Part shown: positions 38,271 to 54,205 of the stretch, piece after piece
Layout: every line of letters starts with the position of its first letter
Numbering within the stretch: position 1 is the first letter of the stretch
DNA from: Malacoraja senta
Lineage: Eukaryota
Length of the DNA: 64,000 nucleotides
Reading direction: 5' to 3'
Assembly: GCA_038087875.1 (NCBI GenBank)
Contig: CM075991.1
Coordinates: 5,952,001-6,016,000 of the forward strand
Program-made: the position numbers and the translations under genes
The notes under the pieces: model-generated
Database searches by the model: none
What the model saw: only the letters and a program-made list of their open reading frames with translations
What the model was told of the DNA's origin: nothing

Positions 38271-38480
38271 AGGGCCTGTCATTTGTGCATAATTTACGCG
38301 ACATCATTTACCCGTCACGACGCACGTGGTGGACGCATGGTGCGCATTACGCACGCATGGTGCTTGGTGATGTAGGCAGCGACGCGCTGTCGCGCGCCGC
38401 GCCCCAGGATTTTGGGATGTTCAAAATCTTCGCGCGCTATCTGCGTGTCGCGCAAATGACGCTCAAGTGGGACAGGCCCT
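38271..38480. mobile_element. PIF/Harbinger-type MITE
   Basis: TIR AGGGCCTGTC...GACAGGCCCT flanked by TAA on both sides (38268-38270, 38481-38483). Confidence 0.8.
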
Positions 38481-38639
38481 TAACTTTCTGCAATTTATAG
38501 AGAGGCAAGGTTCGCACTGCAATTTGTTCGTCTGCATTTTCTCCCATTTAAATGCAAATTAACTTCAAGACAAGGCAAATTATTCCTTGGTTGACTGCAT
38601 TAATCACATCCTATAAAAGAGCTCCATCTTTAATGTTAA

Positions 38640-39190
38640 AGAAAGAACTGCAGATGCTGGAAAACTCGAAGGTAGACAAAAAAGCTGGAGTAACTCAGCG
38701 GGTGAGGCAGCATCTATGGAGCGAAGGAATAGGCGACGTTTCGGGTCGAGACCCTTCTTCAGACTGATGTCGGGGCGGGGGAGGGGGGAGAAAGGAAGAG
38801 GCGGAGACAGTAGGCTGTGCGAGAGCTGGGAAGGGGAAGGAAGGAGAAAGCAAGGACGACCTGAAATTGGAGAAGTCAATATTCATACCGCTGTGGTGTA
38901 AACTACCCAAGCGAAATATGAGTTGCTGCTCCTCCATTTTGCGGTGGGACACACTCTGGCCATGGAGAAGGCCCAAGACAGAAAGGTCGGATTCGGCATG
39001 GGGGAGGGGTGGAGTTGAAGTGCTGAACCACCGGTAGATCAGGTTGGTTATTGCGATCTGGACGGAGGTGTTGGGTGAAGCAATCGCCAAGCCTATGCTT
39101 TGTCACGCCGATGTAGAGCAGTTGACACCGGGAACAGCGGATGCGATAGATGACGTTGGAGGACCTGGAAAGACTGTTTGGGTCTTTGGG
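38640..39190 (-). mobile_element. Penelope-like element fragment (GIY-YIG) with SINE-like repeat
   Basis: SSNVIYRIRCSRCQLLYIGVTKHRLGDCFTQHLR. Confidence 0.8.
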
Positions 39191-39456
39191 TCTTGGGCGC
39201 TTGTTATAATTGATTAAACCTACATTTCGTTCAATGTAATTTTTCTCAAACACTCAAGTTCCGAAAGGCGCCAGTCACGTCCCAGAGCCTCTTCTATCTC
39301 GCGCCGCTTTCGTATTGAATGATGGGTCACAAGAAGACGGTAGTATCGGTTTGGTATTTGTTTATTGTGATGCAAGAGTCATTACATTACATGCAAGAGT
39401 CAAGGCTCGTTGATGTACGTCTCAACATTGGAAGGGAACAGTCTGTTTATTCCAGC

Positions 39457-40405
39457 TCATTTCCCAACAATGATAGTCACTGGACAGTCGATACTCGGGT
39501 TGTTCCTCTTTTTGACACGAAACTGACAATTCTGAATATCGAAAGTTAACATACAATCGTCTGGGTAACCTTCTGGCATGAAATACCTAAGGAACAGATT
39601 AGGGAACCAATGATAAACGACTCGATCCGAGCGCGCAGGTGGAGAGTAATATCTAGGTCCAACCGTCACATCCAACCCTGATCACGTTTCGATCTCCCTC
39701 TCTCTTTTCTTCTCTCTTGCTTTCTCTTTCTTTTTCTCTTTCTCTCCCTATTTTTCGTTCTACCTATTTCTCCACTTCCTCTCCCTTCCTCTCCCTCCCC
39801 TCCCCTCTCCCTCTCTCTCATCCCCACTCTCTCTTCCTCTCTCTTTTTTCTGTTCCAAGGAATTTATTCAACAATTGCTTATTAAACTGTACCAAAAGTA
39901 CAGAAACGTTCAATGGTCACTTTACAGCAATCAGTCATTATAGTACAATCGTTATCACAATGCTCTCGACACCCCGCAGCGACGAGCGTTCACGGAAGTC
40001 CTCCAGAGTCCGTGTGGACACCGCGTGTTCCCTCTCCAGGGACACGCGAGCACAGAGGTAGGCCCGGAAGAGTGGCAGGCAGCCGACTCTGGTGTGACCA
40101 TCGACCGCCCGCTGCCTGGATCCGCGAATGGGCATCTTGGCTAGGCCCAGGAGCAAACCAACAGGGAGATCCCACCTTCCCTATCGGCTCTCCCCACTCC
40201 CTGCCGTGTGTCCAAACACCAGGATCGTTGGACTATAATGCAACCAAACCTTGAGGAACAGCTCCGTCAGATATTCGGACAGGGGCAGCAACCTCTCACA
40301 CTCCACATATATGTGGAACACGGTCACTTCCTCGCCGCAGAAGTTACAACGGCGCGAGTCCGTGAACCGACTCAAAAGTTTATTAAGCACCACAGCTCTG
40401 TGCAA

Positions 40406-40473
<68 letters not shown>

Positions 40474-42521
40474 CTGTCTCTCTGTCTCTCTTTCCCCATC
40501 TCTCCCCCTTACCCCCACCCCTCCCCCCCCCCCCCTCCCCACCGCACCCCCCCTCCAAGCGTGCAGGTGGAGGTCTAATATCCAAGTCCAACTCGAAGAT
40601 CCAGCCCTGATCGCGTTGCGATTTCTCGCTCGTCACCCTCCCCACATCTCTCCTTCAGCCCTGCGGTGCCAGTTCCGTGATCGGCCGGATGTTTACTTAC
40701 CGATCACAGCAAATATAACCAATGAGCGCACACACGCAGTCCCAGCAATTGGAGCTATTCCAACGTTCCCCGAATTCATGAGACGTCCCGTCGTTTGTGT
40801 CAAGGCAGAAGCCCCTCGCTGTTGGTGATAAACACAGCGGGCGGTGATTGTCCCGTCAGGGAGTGGAGTTACCCTCGCGGGTGGCGCGTCCGTTGTGTTG
40901 CCTCAATACTAACTCACCCTAGAAATGAGTCATTCAGACCATTGGGAAGAGCGTGTGCACTGACCCGGACTTGGCATTTGGCTGCACGGTACCGTTTCAG
41001 CCAGGTTCGGACATCAGCACCCTACCCAACGCCATGTTACTCATCTCGGAGGCCCAACTGGGGATTAATGTCTAGAACTCAATCCATATCTGTTTAAATA
41101 AAATTCAATGTATTCAGCTATTTACAGAATTATTTATGCACGGAACTGTATCAAAACAGCCAGCGCCATAACATCAGACTATCAATGATCGCAAACAAAT
41201 ATCAAATCACCACGTTCCGATTCAAGAGACAGTCAGGCCCTCGCGGCCGCCAGCCGTCCTGGCTCGCCTCCCGGATGTCAATGGACACTAGGTGTTCTTT
41301 TTCAAAGTGGCGCCAACATAAACTCGGGGAAGAAGCGGGCAGTCTGCTAGTGTGGAGCCTTCGTCTGCCGCAAATGGCCAGGTTGGCCAGGCCCAAGGTT
41401 GATAGACACGAGTCCTCCTCTGATCTACCCACTCTCCTCTGCACAGGGTGGTTCTGAAGTGGAGCTAGAAAGCAAGGAGCAGCCCATACAAGTAGCTCAC
41501 TCCATAATTGTGTCGGAGGAAACTTCAGATACTGGTTTGCACCGAAGATTGACATAAAATGCTGGAGTAACTCTGCGGGTCCGCGGGTGCGGTCTGAAGA
41601 AATGTCTGGACCCGAAACGTCACCTATTCCTTTTCTCCAGAGATGCTGCCTGAACCGACAAGTTACCCCAGCATTTTGTGTCTGTCACTCCATAATTGTG
41701 TAGGTTTCACAGTTGCCCCTTGATTACAGTGTGAACCCCTGACCCACTGTGATCCCCAATACCCATCCGGGCTGTGGGTGCCGGGACCAGTCACGGGTTT
41801 GAGAGGAACTCCTGGGGCACTTTCACCATTTTCGGGCAAAACCCGTCTCGCGGCCAAAGAAGAGCCGGTGAGGTGTTGCCATTGTTGTCGGGAAGCGGGA
41901 CTTCCATTGGGTGCACGGCATGATCCCACACAGCCCAGTGATTGGCTTCTGATGAACAGGTCCATCAACAGCTGTTGAGGGACAAACGTTGGTCAGTGTA
42001 AAGGGGCAGCGGTACCTCATTCTGATGAGATCATTCAATCCACCTGTGAACAAAGTTTAGTGCCTCAGCTGAAGTGCGGCAGAGGAGCGCACCCTCAACT
42101 GAGGGTTAGTCTGGGCATCAACCTCCATTACTGTCAGACTCCTACCCGACCGCGGAACCAAGTGTGACGAGCTTTAGTGATGTCCTGCTCAGTCCCTGTT
42201 GTCGGCCGAATCTCACTGCCGGATCTGAGAGTGAGATTCATATCGATAGATTACCGCTTGTGTGCTGTGCCGTAATGAAGCAGGCGGATTCCAACCGCTG
42301 AGCAGCGAGAAGCAGCAGAGCGATGCACAGTAGGTGTTTCTGCAGAGAGAGAGCGAGAGATGGAGAGCTTGGTGACCGTCGTGGTCAAGTAACTAACATT
42401 GCACCCTGCCCCTGTCACTGTCACATCGGGAGGCGGCTGTGCAACGACTCAAAGCTGCGCTGGGTTGTTTATTGAACAACCAAGAACAGTCGGATGCACT
42501 AACCTGATCCGTACATACCAT
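39457..42521 (-). CDS. MSMB-like: Beta-microseminoprotein-like gene C, intact; exons 42521-42519, 42339-42255, 40818-40701, 39586-39457; 111 aa
   Basis: [111 protein letters not shown]; canonical splice sites; AATAAA just after the stop. Confidence 0.92.
39850..40660 (-). mobile_element. Tx1-like LINE 3' fragment (zf-RVT) in intron 3 of gene C, containing (GA)n
   Basis: VLHRAVVLNKLLSRFTDSRRCNFCGEEVTVFHIYVEC; LAKMPIRGSRQRAVDG...SLEREHAVST. Confidence 0.8.
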
Positions 42522-43832
42522 GATCTCCGAACCAGAGATCTCTTCAGTGTTAGAGCGGACAATCTCTGCCCTGCTGGCACCGCCTGCAGACTTCATTCTC
42601 CGCTCGCGAGAAACTGCATTTGAACCTTGGCTGATGCTGCCTGCGTTTTATTTATTCAGAAAAGAGGTGGAGTTCCGCTGGTGCCGCCTTTCACTTCACC
42701 GGTCTTTCAACCAGCGTATCATCCTTAAAGTCACAGAGCACCGAAGCAGACCATGCCTCCAAACTGCCCATATCAGCTAGTTCCACCCGCAAGTGTTTAG
42801 CCCGTGTGCGTCTAAACTTTTCCATTCCATGGACCCATCCAAATGCCTTTGTATGCTACTGTGAGAACTTGTCTCACTGCTCTCCATCAGTGACGGCTGC
42901 TACTGCTAGGCTTTGTCCTTCTCCTCCGGTCTTACAGATTTCTCCCTACCCCACCACCCAATTTCAATCAGTTTGAAGAAGTGCCGAACCTGAATTGTCA
43001 ACTAGAGTCAGAGAGTCATACAGCGTGAAAACAGGCTCTACGCCTAAACTGCCCCCTGACCAACATGCCCCACTACATTAGTCCTACTTGCCTGCGTTTG
43101 GCCCATATCCATCGAAACATATCCATCTATACTTGTCTAATTGCTTCTTAAACGTTGCAATAGTCTGTGCTTCAACTACCTCCTCCGGCTGCTCGTTCCA
43201 TGCACCCACCTCCATTTGTGTCAAAAGGTTATGCCCCAGATTCCTATCATATCTTTCCATCTTCACGTTAAAACCGTGCCCTTTGTTTCTCCATTTCCCT
43301 GATCTGGGCAAGAGACTCTTAGTATCCACCAGGTCTATACGTCTGATGATTTTATACACTTCCCTGGAATTCTTTGAATTTTTACTTGCACGTCTCCAAC
43401 TTACATTTCCTCGCACACTCGGGTTCCCAAACACGCCATAACATTTCCCAGAACCTTCTATTTCTCCAGCCCATTTCTTAATGGGTTAGATGGAACCAAT
43501 CACAGGTTTATTAGAACCGCTGGGCCTCGTTCCCCATTTTCATGCTAAACGTATCAAAGCCTTCGTATGTATTACTTTTCAGGTTAATTCACATATTTCA
43601 TAGTTATGTTCTCTTACAAACTACATTTCGTTCAATTTAAATGTTCTCAAACACTCAAGTTCACAGAGCCTCCTCCATCTCACGCCGCTTCCCTATTAAA
43701 TGATGGGCCAGAAGACCACGGCATAATAGGTTTGGCATTTGTTTATTGTGATGCAAGAGTCATTACATTACATGCAAGAGTCAAGGCTCATTGGTGTGTC
43801 TCCACGTTGGAAGGGGGCTGCCTGTTTCCAGC

Positions 43833-46937
<3,105 letters not shown>

Positions 46938-48529
46938 GATCTCCGAACCAGACCGCTTCTCCCCAGTTGCGGAGAGGACAACCTGCGTCCCGCCGGCACC
47001 GCCTGCAGACGTAATTCTCCACTCTTGAGAGCCTGCATTTCAACCTTGGCTTATGCTGGCTGTGACCTATTTATTCAGAAAAGAGGTGGAGTCCCCCTGG
47101 TCCCGCCTTTCACCTCACCGGTCTTTCGACCAGCACTTATCCTTAAAGTCATAGAGCAGCGAAACTGACCATGCCTCTTAAAATGCTTCATCTCCTTCAT
47201 CTCTAGTCCCACCCGCAAGTGTTTAGAATGTTTCCCTTCAATGGACCTGTCCAAATGCCTTTTGTTACTACTACTGTGGGTGCTACTGCGCTACTGTGCA
47301 GAACTGTGCTACCGCGCTACTGTACATGCTACTGTGAGAACTTGTCTTACTGCTCTCCATCTGTGACGGCTGCTGCTACGCGTTGTCCTTCTTCTACCGT
47401 ATTCTAGTTTACTCCATCACCGCCCCCGCCCCTCCCACAACTGTAATCAGTTTGAAGAAGTGCCCCGACCTGAATCGTCACCTGGTCAGAGAGTTGTAGA
47501 GCGTCAAAACATGCCCCACCTTCCAACATGTCCCATCTACACTAGTGCTACTTGCCTCCGTTTGGCCCATATCCATCTAATCGTATCGTGCCCATGTACC
47601 TGTATAATTGCTTCTTAACTGTTCTGATAGTCTGTGCCTCAAGTACCTCCTCCGGCTGCTCGTTCCATACACCCATCAGCATTTGTGTGAAAGGGTAATG
47701 CCTCAGATTCCTATAAAATCTATCCCTCTTCACCTTAAATCTATGCCCTCTGGTTCTTGGTTCCCCTACTTTGGGCAAGAGACTCTGAGTATCCACCCGG
47801 TCTATCCCTCTCATGAGTTTAAACACTTCCTTAGAATTCTTGGAATTCTTACTTGCATGCACTCCAACTTACATTTTCTCACACATTCAAGTTCCCAATC
47901 GCGCACAAAGTTTCCCAAAGCCTTCTCTTTCTCCAGCCCATTTATTATTTGAATGATGGGTTAGAATCAGATAGAATCAATCACTGGTTTAGGAGAACCC
48001 CTGGGCCTCGTTCCCCATTTTCAGGCTAAACGCATCAAATCCTATTAAAGAATCTATTACTTTTCAGGTTAATTGACATAGTTCATAGTTACATTTTATT
48101 ATAATCTACTTTTCGTTCAATTCACATTTTCGCAAACACTCAAGTTCCAAAGCGCGCCATGATATTTCCCAGAGCCTCCTCCATCTCACGCCCCTTTCGG
48201 ATAGAATGATGGGTCAGAAGACGAAGGCGAAATATGTCCTTGCTGTCTCCTCCCCTTCCTCAGCCCTCTGGCTGTCTCCTCCCATCCCTCAGCCCTCGGG
48301 CTCCGCCTTTTTCCTTTCTCCTCCCCACCCCCTATCAGTCTGAAGAAGGGTTTCGGCCCGAAACGTTGCCTATTTCCTTCGCTCCACAGATGCTGCTGCA
48401 CCCGCTGAGTTTCTCCAGCATTTTTGTGTACCTTTGGTATATGTTTATTGTGATGCAAGAATCATTACATTCCATGCAAGAGTCAAGGCTCATCGATGTA
48501 TGTCTCCACATTGGAAGGGAGTTGTCTGT

Positions 48530-48668
48530 TTATTCCAGCTCATTTCCCAACAATACACCCACTTGACAGTCGGCAGACGGGTCGTCCTTCCTTTTGGCAT
48601 GAAACGAACAAGTCCTAATATCGAAAGTTAACATACTATCGTTCGCGTAACCAGATGGCATGGAATAC
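48530..48668 (-). pseudogene. Orphan MSMB-like exon 4 (4c): Cys>Ser and 1-nt deletion
   Basis: ccctag|g YSMPSGYANDSMLTFDIRTCSFHAKRKDDPSADCQVG then frameshift to VLLGNELE*; upstream replaced by repeats. Confidence 0.85.
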
Positions 48669-50008
48669 CTAGGGAACAGAGCAAGGAATCAATGATAAGC
48701 AAATCGAAAGATCTGCCTCGCTGTGCTCGGGAAGCTAGTTGGATCCTGACCCCGGGTCCAGTCTGTGTGGAGTTTGCATGTTCTCCCTCTGATTGCGTGA
48801 GTTGTTTTTTATGGATGCCTGCGGCCTACAACATCTGGAAGCCGCGCTCTCCGGTAAGGAGGTGGCCGATTTGCGAGCTCCGGGCCGCGTGGTGTGCTCG
48901 ACCTGTCCCGGCGTCGGCGTTCCGACGATCCCGACCAGACGGCATGAACATTGGGCCGTTGGTGGCGGCGACCACGGAGAGTCTGGGTCCCGACCACGGG
49001 TGAACAAGGGAGGAGGAGGAGGAGGACTGTCTGAAATGTATTGCCTTCCACCACAGTGAAGAATGCTGTGGTGGATGTCTGTATTGAATTATGTTGTGTA
49101 TTGTGTCCTTGTTTAATTGTAACGCTGCATGGTAAATTACATTTCACTGGACCTTATGGTGCATGTGACAAATACATTTGAATTTGAACTTAAACTTAAG
49201 ATCGGCTGTCCATCCAATAAACTCGAAACACACAAGCCTGATCGTCGAGAGTTAACATACAACATTTTGGGTGGCCAGTTGGCTCGAAATATCCATCAAA
49301 TCCTTAGCATTTTTTATTTTTCAGGGTCAGAGTGATACAGAGTGGAAACAGAGTGATACAGAGTGGAAACAGGCCCTTCGGTCCAACTTGCCCACAGCGA
49401 CAAACAAGGCCCATCTCCACGTCCTACTTACCTGCGTTTGTCCCAAATCCATGTAAATCTATTCTATCCACCTGTCTAATTGCATCTTAAACATTGCGAT
49501 AGTGCGATGCCCCTACTCTGGGCAAGAGACTCTGGGCGTTCAACCGGTGTGGCCCTCTCACTGCAATTTACATGTTCTCAGACACTCGGGTTCCCCAAAA
49601 CGCCACATTCCGCAGAGCCTTCTCTTTCTCCAGACCATTTCTCACTGGTTTCAGATAAACCACTAGGCCCCCCACTACATTTTCTGGCAAAATGCATAAA
49701 TCCTTAGAATGTATTACTTTTCATCTTTATTGACATAATTCATAGTTACATTTTTTTACAAATTACATTTCGTTCAATTTCATCTGCTCAAACACACTCG
49801 GGTTCCCAAACACGCCAAATCATTTCCCAGAGCCTCCTGCATCTCACGCACTTTCTTATTGAAAAGATGGGTCAGGAAATGGCGAGCAGAGTAGGGTTGT
49901 TATATGTTTATTGTGATGTTGCGGTTACATTACATGCAAGAATCAAGGCTCCTGTATCACATTGATGAATGTCTCCACGTTGGAAGGGAGCTGCCTGTTT
50001 ATTCCAGC

Positions 50009-50138
50009 TCATTATCCAAAAGCTCCATCCACTGAACATTCGACAGACGGGTCAATCTTCACATAGACTTGAAACGAACAAGTGTGAATATTGAAAGTTA
50101 ACAAACAGTCCTCCTGGCAACAATCTGGCATGAAACAC
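50009..50138 (-). other. Extra MSMB-like exon 4 (4b), open frame with three additional Cys; possible alternative last exon of gene E
   Basis: ccccag|g CFMPDCCQEDCLLTFNIHTCSFQVYVKIDPSVECSVDGAFG**; AATAAA follows. Confidence 0.8.
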
Positions 50139-50747
50139 CTGGGGAATAGATCAGGGAACCAATGATGAACAATTCGGAAGATATGCCCCACAGCGCCGGG
50201 GACGCGGGTTCGATCCTGACCTCGGCTCCTGTCTGTGTGCAGTGTGTACGTTCTCCCTACGCCTGGCAGAGTTATTTTTATGGATGCTTAAGTTTCCTCC
50301 CACATCCCAGAGACTTGCGGGTCGGGAAGTTAACTGACGCTGTTTAATTACCATACAATTTCGCAGTGCCTTCCCTTTCTCCAACCCATTTCTTCACTGG
50401 TTTGTGAGGGTCACAAGGCCTCGTACCCCATATTCAGGCTAAACGCATCAAATCTTTAGAATTTATCACTTTTCATATTCATTGAAATATTTCACCGTTA
50501 CATTTTCTTACAAATTACATTTCGTTCAATTTACATTCTCTCAAAAACACTCAAGTACTCAAACACTCAAGTTCCTGTATCTCACGCTCTTTCTAATTGA
50601 AATGATGGGTCAGATGATGACAGCAGAATAGGTTTATTATATGTTTATTGTGAGCAAGAGTCTTTACATTATATTCAAGAGTCAAGGCTCTTGTATCCCA
50701 TTGATGAATCTCTCCACAGTGGAAGGCAGTTGCCTGTTTATTCCAGC

Positions 50748-52696
50748 TCATTTCCCAATAGCTCCATCCACTGGACATTCGACAGACCGGTCATTCTTCA
50801 AATGGACTTGAAACGAACAAGTGTGAACATCGAAAGCTAACATACAAGCATCCGGGACACCAATTGGCATGAAATACCTGGGGAACATATCAGGGAACCA
50901 ATGATGAGCAATTCGGCAGATATGTCTTTCAGCGCATGGGAGGCGGGTTCGATCCTGACCTCGGCTCCTGTCTCTGTGGAGTTTTTTTACGTTGTCCCTG
51001 TGACTGCCTGGGTTATTTTTTTAAGGATGCTCAAATTTCTTCCCACGTCCCAGAGACTTGCGGGTCGGGAGGTTAACTGACGCTGTTACTTGTCCCGAGC
51101 GTGCAGGTGGAGAATAATATCTAGGTCCTGCCCTGAGATCCAACCATAATGCGAGGTGGATAATGGAGGATTAACGCATGGTCGTAGCTAACGGTCAGTT
51201 ATGGTCACTCTCTCCTTGTAGAATAATCCTAACCTCGGTGCATTTTTTTTTTCATGGGCACAGTACTTTGAGGCCAGGCAGAACCCCTGGACTTTTTGAG
51301 TCGGTCGCAGTCAATGCACCCGGACTGGGAGCGGCTGGAGATGCGGTCACTCGAGCGACGGGTCCCAACCTGAGAACACACTTAGCCAGCTCACACGTCG
51401 GGGGTCAGATTATGTGAGCTAAACGGCGGATGATTACTTACCGTTCGCAGCATTCATAACCTTCGCGCGCACACGCGCACTCCCAGCAGTTGCTGTTCAT
51501 CCAACCTTCTCCGAGTTGATGAGACGTTCCGTCGTTTGTGTCAATGCACGTTCCCCCATCTGTTGGTGACAAAGATAGCGGTCAGTGTCCCGTCGGGGTG
51601 TGGAGAGACCCGAGGGGTGGCGGGCCAGTGGCGTTGACTCAATACAAAAACACCCTGGAAATGAGCCATTCAGACCACTGGGAAGAGCCAGGGTCCGTCC
51701 CCGTGTGTAATGCCCCGGACCTGGCACTTGGCTGCACGGTAGACACAAAATGCTGGAGTAGGTCAGCGGGTCATCGGATCAGGTCTGAAAAAGGGTCTGG
51801 ACTGGCAATGTCACATATTCCTTTCGTCCCGAAATGCTGCCTGGACGGCTGAGTTACTCCGGCCTTTTGTGTCTATCACTCCATAATTGGGTGAGTTTCG
51901 CCGTTGCCGCTGGTTGCAGTGCGAACCCCTGACCCGCTGTGATCCCGAATACTCATCCAGGCTGTGGATGCCGGGTGGATGCAGTCAAGGGTTTGGGAGG
52001 AACTCCTGGGGCACTTTCACCATTTTCAGGCAAAACCCGTCTTGCGGCCAATGAAGAGTTGGTGAGTTGTCACCATTGCAGTGCCGCGTGGCTTCCATTT
52101 GGTGCAGGGAGCGATCGCACACAACCCAGTGATTGACCTTTGATGGCCAGTTCTATCAAGAGCAGTTGAGGGACAAATATTGGTCAGGGTTCATGGCCAG
52201 TAGCACTTAATTCTGAGGCGGTCCTTAAATCCACCCGTGAACAAGCTTTAGTGCCCCAGCTGAATTCCAGAAGAGGAGCGCTCCTTAAGCTGGAGTTTGG
52301 TCGGGGCATCAATCTTCACTACCCTCAGACTCCAACCCGACCGAGGAACAGGCAGGAGCCAAGGGTGACGAGCTTTAGCATCACGCCATGAGTATAATGT
52401 CCCTGCTGTCGGCCTGGTCTCACTGCCGGATCTGAGACAGAGATTCACATCGATAGATTGCCGGCTATGTTCTGTTTCTGAAAAAAGCAGGCGGATTCTA
52501 ACAGCTGAGCCGCTGGAAACAGCAGAGCGATGCGCAGTAGTTTCTGCAGAGTGAGAGGGAGAGAGATTGTTGAGCGACGTAGTCAATTAATAACACTGCA
52601 ACATGTCCCTGTCACGGTCACCTCAGCAGGTGCGCTGTGTTGTTTATTGAGGACCAAGCACCAGTCACATGCACAAAGCTGACCCGTACATACCAT
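50748..52696 (-). CDS. MSMB-like: Beta-microseminoprotein-like gene E; exons 52696-52694, 52543-52462 (GC donor), 51559-51442, 50877-50748; 110 aa; possibly impaired
   Basis: MKLLRIALLFPAAQLLESACFFQKQNIADGGTCIDTNDGTSHQLGEGWMNSNCWECACAREGYECCERYFMPIGVPDACMLAFDVHTCSFQVHLKNDRSVECPVDGAIGK; the exon 2 donor reads G|GCAATC instead of G|GTAATC. Confidence 0.78.
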
Positions 52697-53489
52697 GATC
52701 ACCTAACCCGACCGCCTCTCCCCAGTGTCTGCGCGGACAGCATAGGTGTCGCTGGCACCGCCTACAGACTTCTTTCTCCGCTCTCGAGAATCTTTGTTCC
52801 AATCTCGGTTTATGCTGCCTGTGTCCTATATATTCAGAAAAGAGGCGGAGTTCCGCAGGTTCAACCTTTCACTTCACTGGTCTCCGCAACCAGCATAATG
52901 TCATTAAACTCATATAGCAACGAAACTGAGCACGTCACCAAAAATCCCTTATATGTGCTAGTCCCACAAGCAAGTGTTTAACCCATGTCCGTCTAAACCT
53001 TTCCTATCATTAGACCCGTCCAAATGTCTTTAATGCTATTGTGCGAACACCTCTCAGTGCTCTCCATCTGTAATGGCAGCTGCTACATGCTACGCTTTGT
53101 TCTGCCCCTCCCACTTCCCGTTTTCTTTGCCCCCCCCCGCCCCCCGCCCCCCAATTCCCACCTCTACAATCAGTCTGAAGAAGTGTCCCCACATGAATCG
53201 TCACGTATAATCATGATCATCCAGTAATAAAGCGTGAAAACAGGCTTTTCGGCCAAACTTGCCCCCACCGACCAAAATGTCACATCTACATTCGTTCCAA
53301 CGGCCTGTGTTTGCCCCATATCTATGTACCCGTCTAATTGTTTTCTAAATATTGCTATAGACCCTACATCAGCTACCTTCTCTGGCAGCTTCTTCCATAC
53401 ACCCATGGCCCTTTGTATGGAAAATGTTACCCCTCAGTCTCCTATTAAAATTTTCTCCCTTCACCTTGAACCTATGTCTTCTGGTTCTC

Positions 53490-54205
53490 CATATAATGAT
53501 TTACAATGTGTATTAACGATGTAGACGAAGGAATTTAATGTAACATCTCCAGGTAGAGCAGGATGTGAAGAAAGCAAATGGCATGTTGGCCTTCATGATG
53601 AGAGGACTTGAGTATAGGATCAATTAGGTGCTACTGCATCTACATCTGGAGTATTGTGTGCAATTTGGGTCTCCTAATTTGAGGAAGGACATTCTTGCTA
53701 TTGAGGCAGTGCAGCGTAGTTTCACCGGTTAATCCCGGGATGGCGGGACTGACATGTGATGAAATAATGGATCGACTGCGCTTATATTCACTGGGAGTTA
53801 GACGGATGAGATGGGATATTTTAGAAACATATAAAATTCTGAAGGTATTGGACAGGCGAGATGCATGAAAGATGTTCCCGATGTTGGGGGTGTCGACAAC
53901 CAGGGGTCCCAGTTTAAGAATAATTGGTATGGCATTTAGGGCTGAGATGAGGAAAACCATTTTCCCAGTGAGTTGTCAATCTGTGGAATTCTCTGCAACA
54001 GAAGGCAGTGGAGGCCAATTCACTGGATGTTTTAAAGAGAGTGTTAGATATAGGTCTTAGGGCTCGCGAAATCAAGGGATATGGGGAGAAAGCAGGAACG
54101 GGCTACTAATTTTGGATGATCAGCCTTGATCATGTTGAATGGCGCTACTGGCTCGAAGGGCCGAATGGCCTACTCCTGCACCTATTTTCTATGTTCCCAT
54201 GTTTC
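53490..54205 (+). mobile_element. CR1 LINE 3' fragment, internally deleted
   Basis: HLEYCVQFGSPNLRKDILAIE; ggcctactcctgcacctattttctatg tail. Confidence 0.85.
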
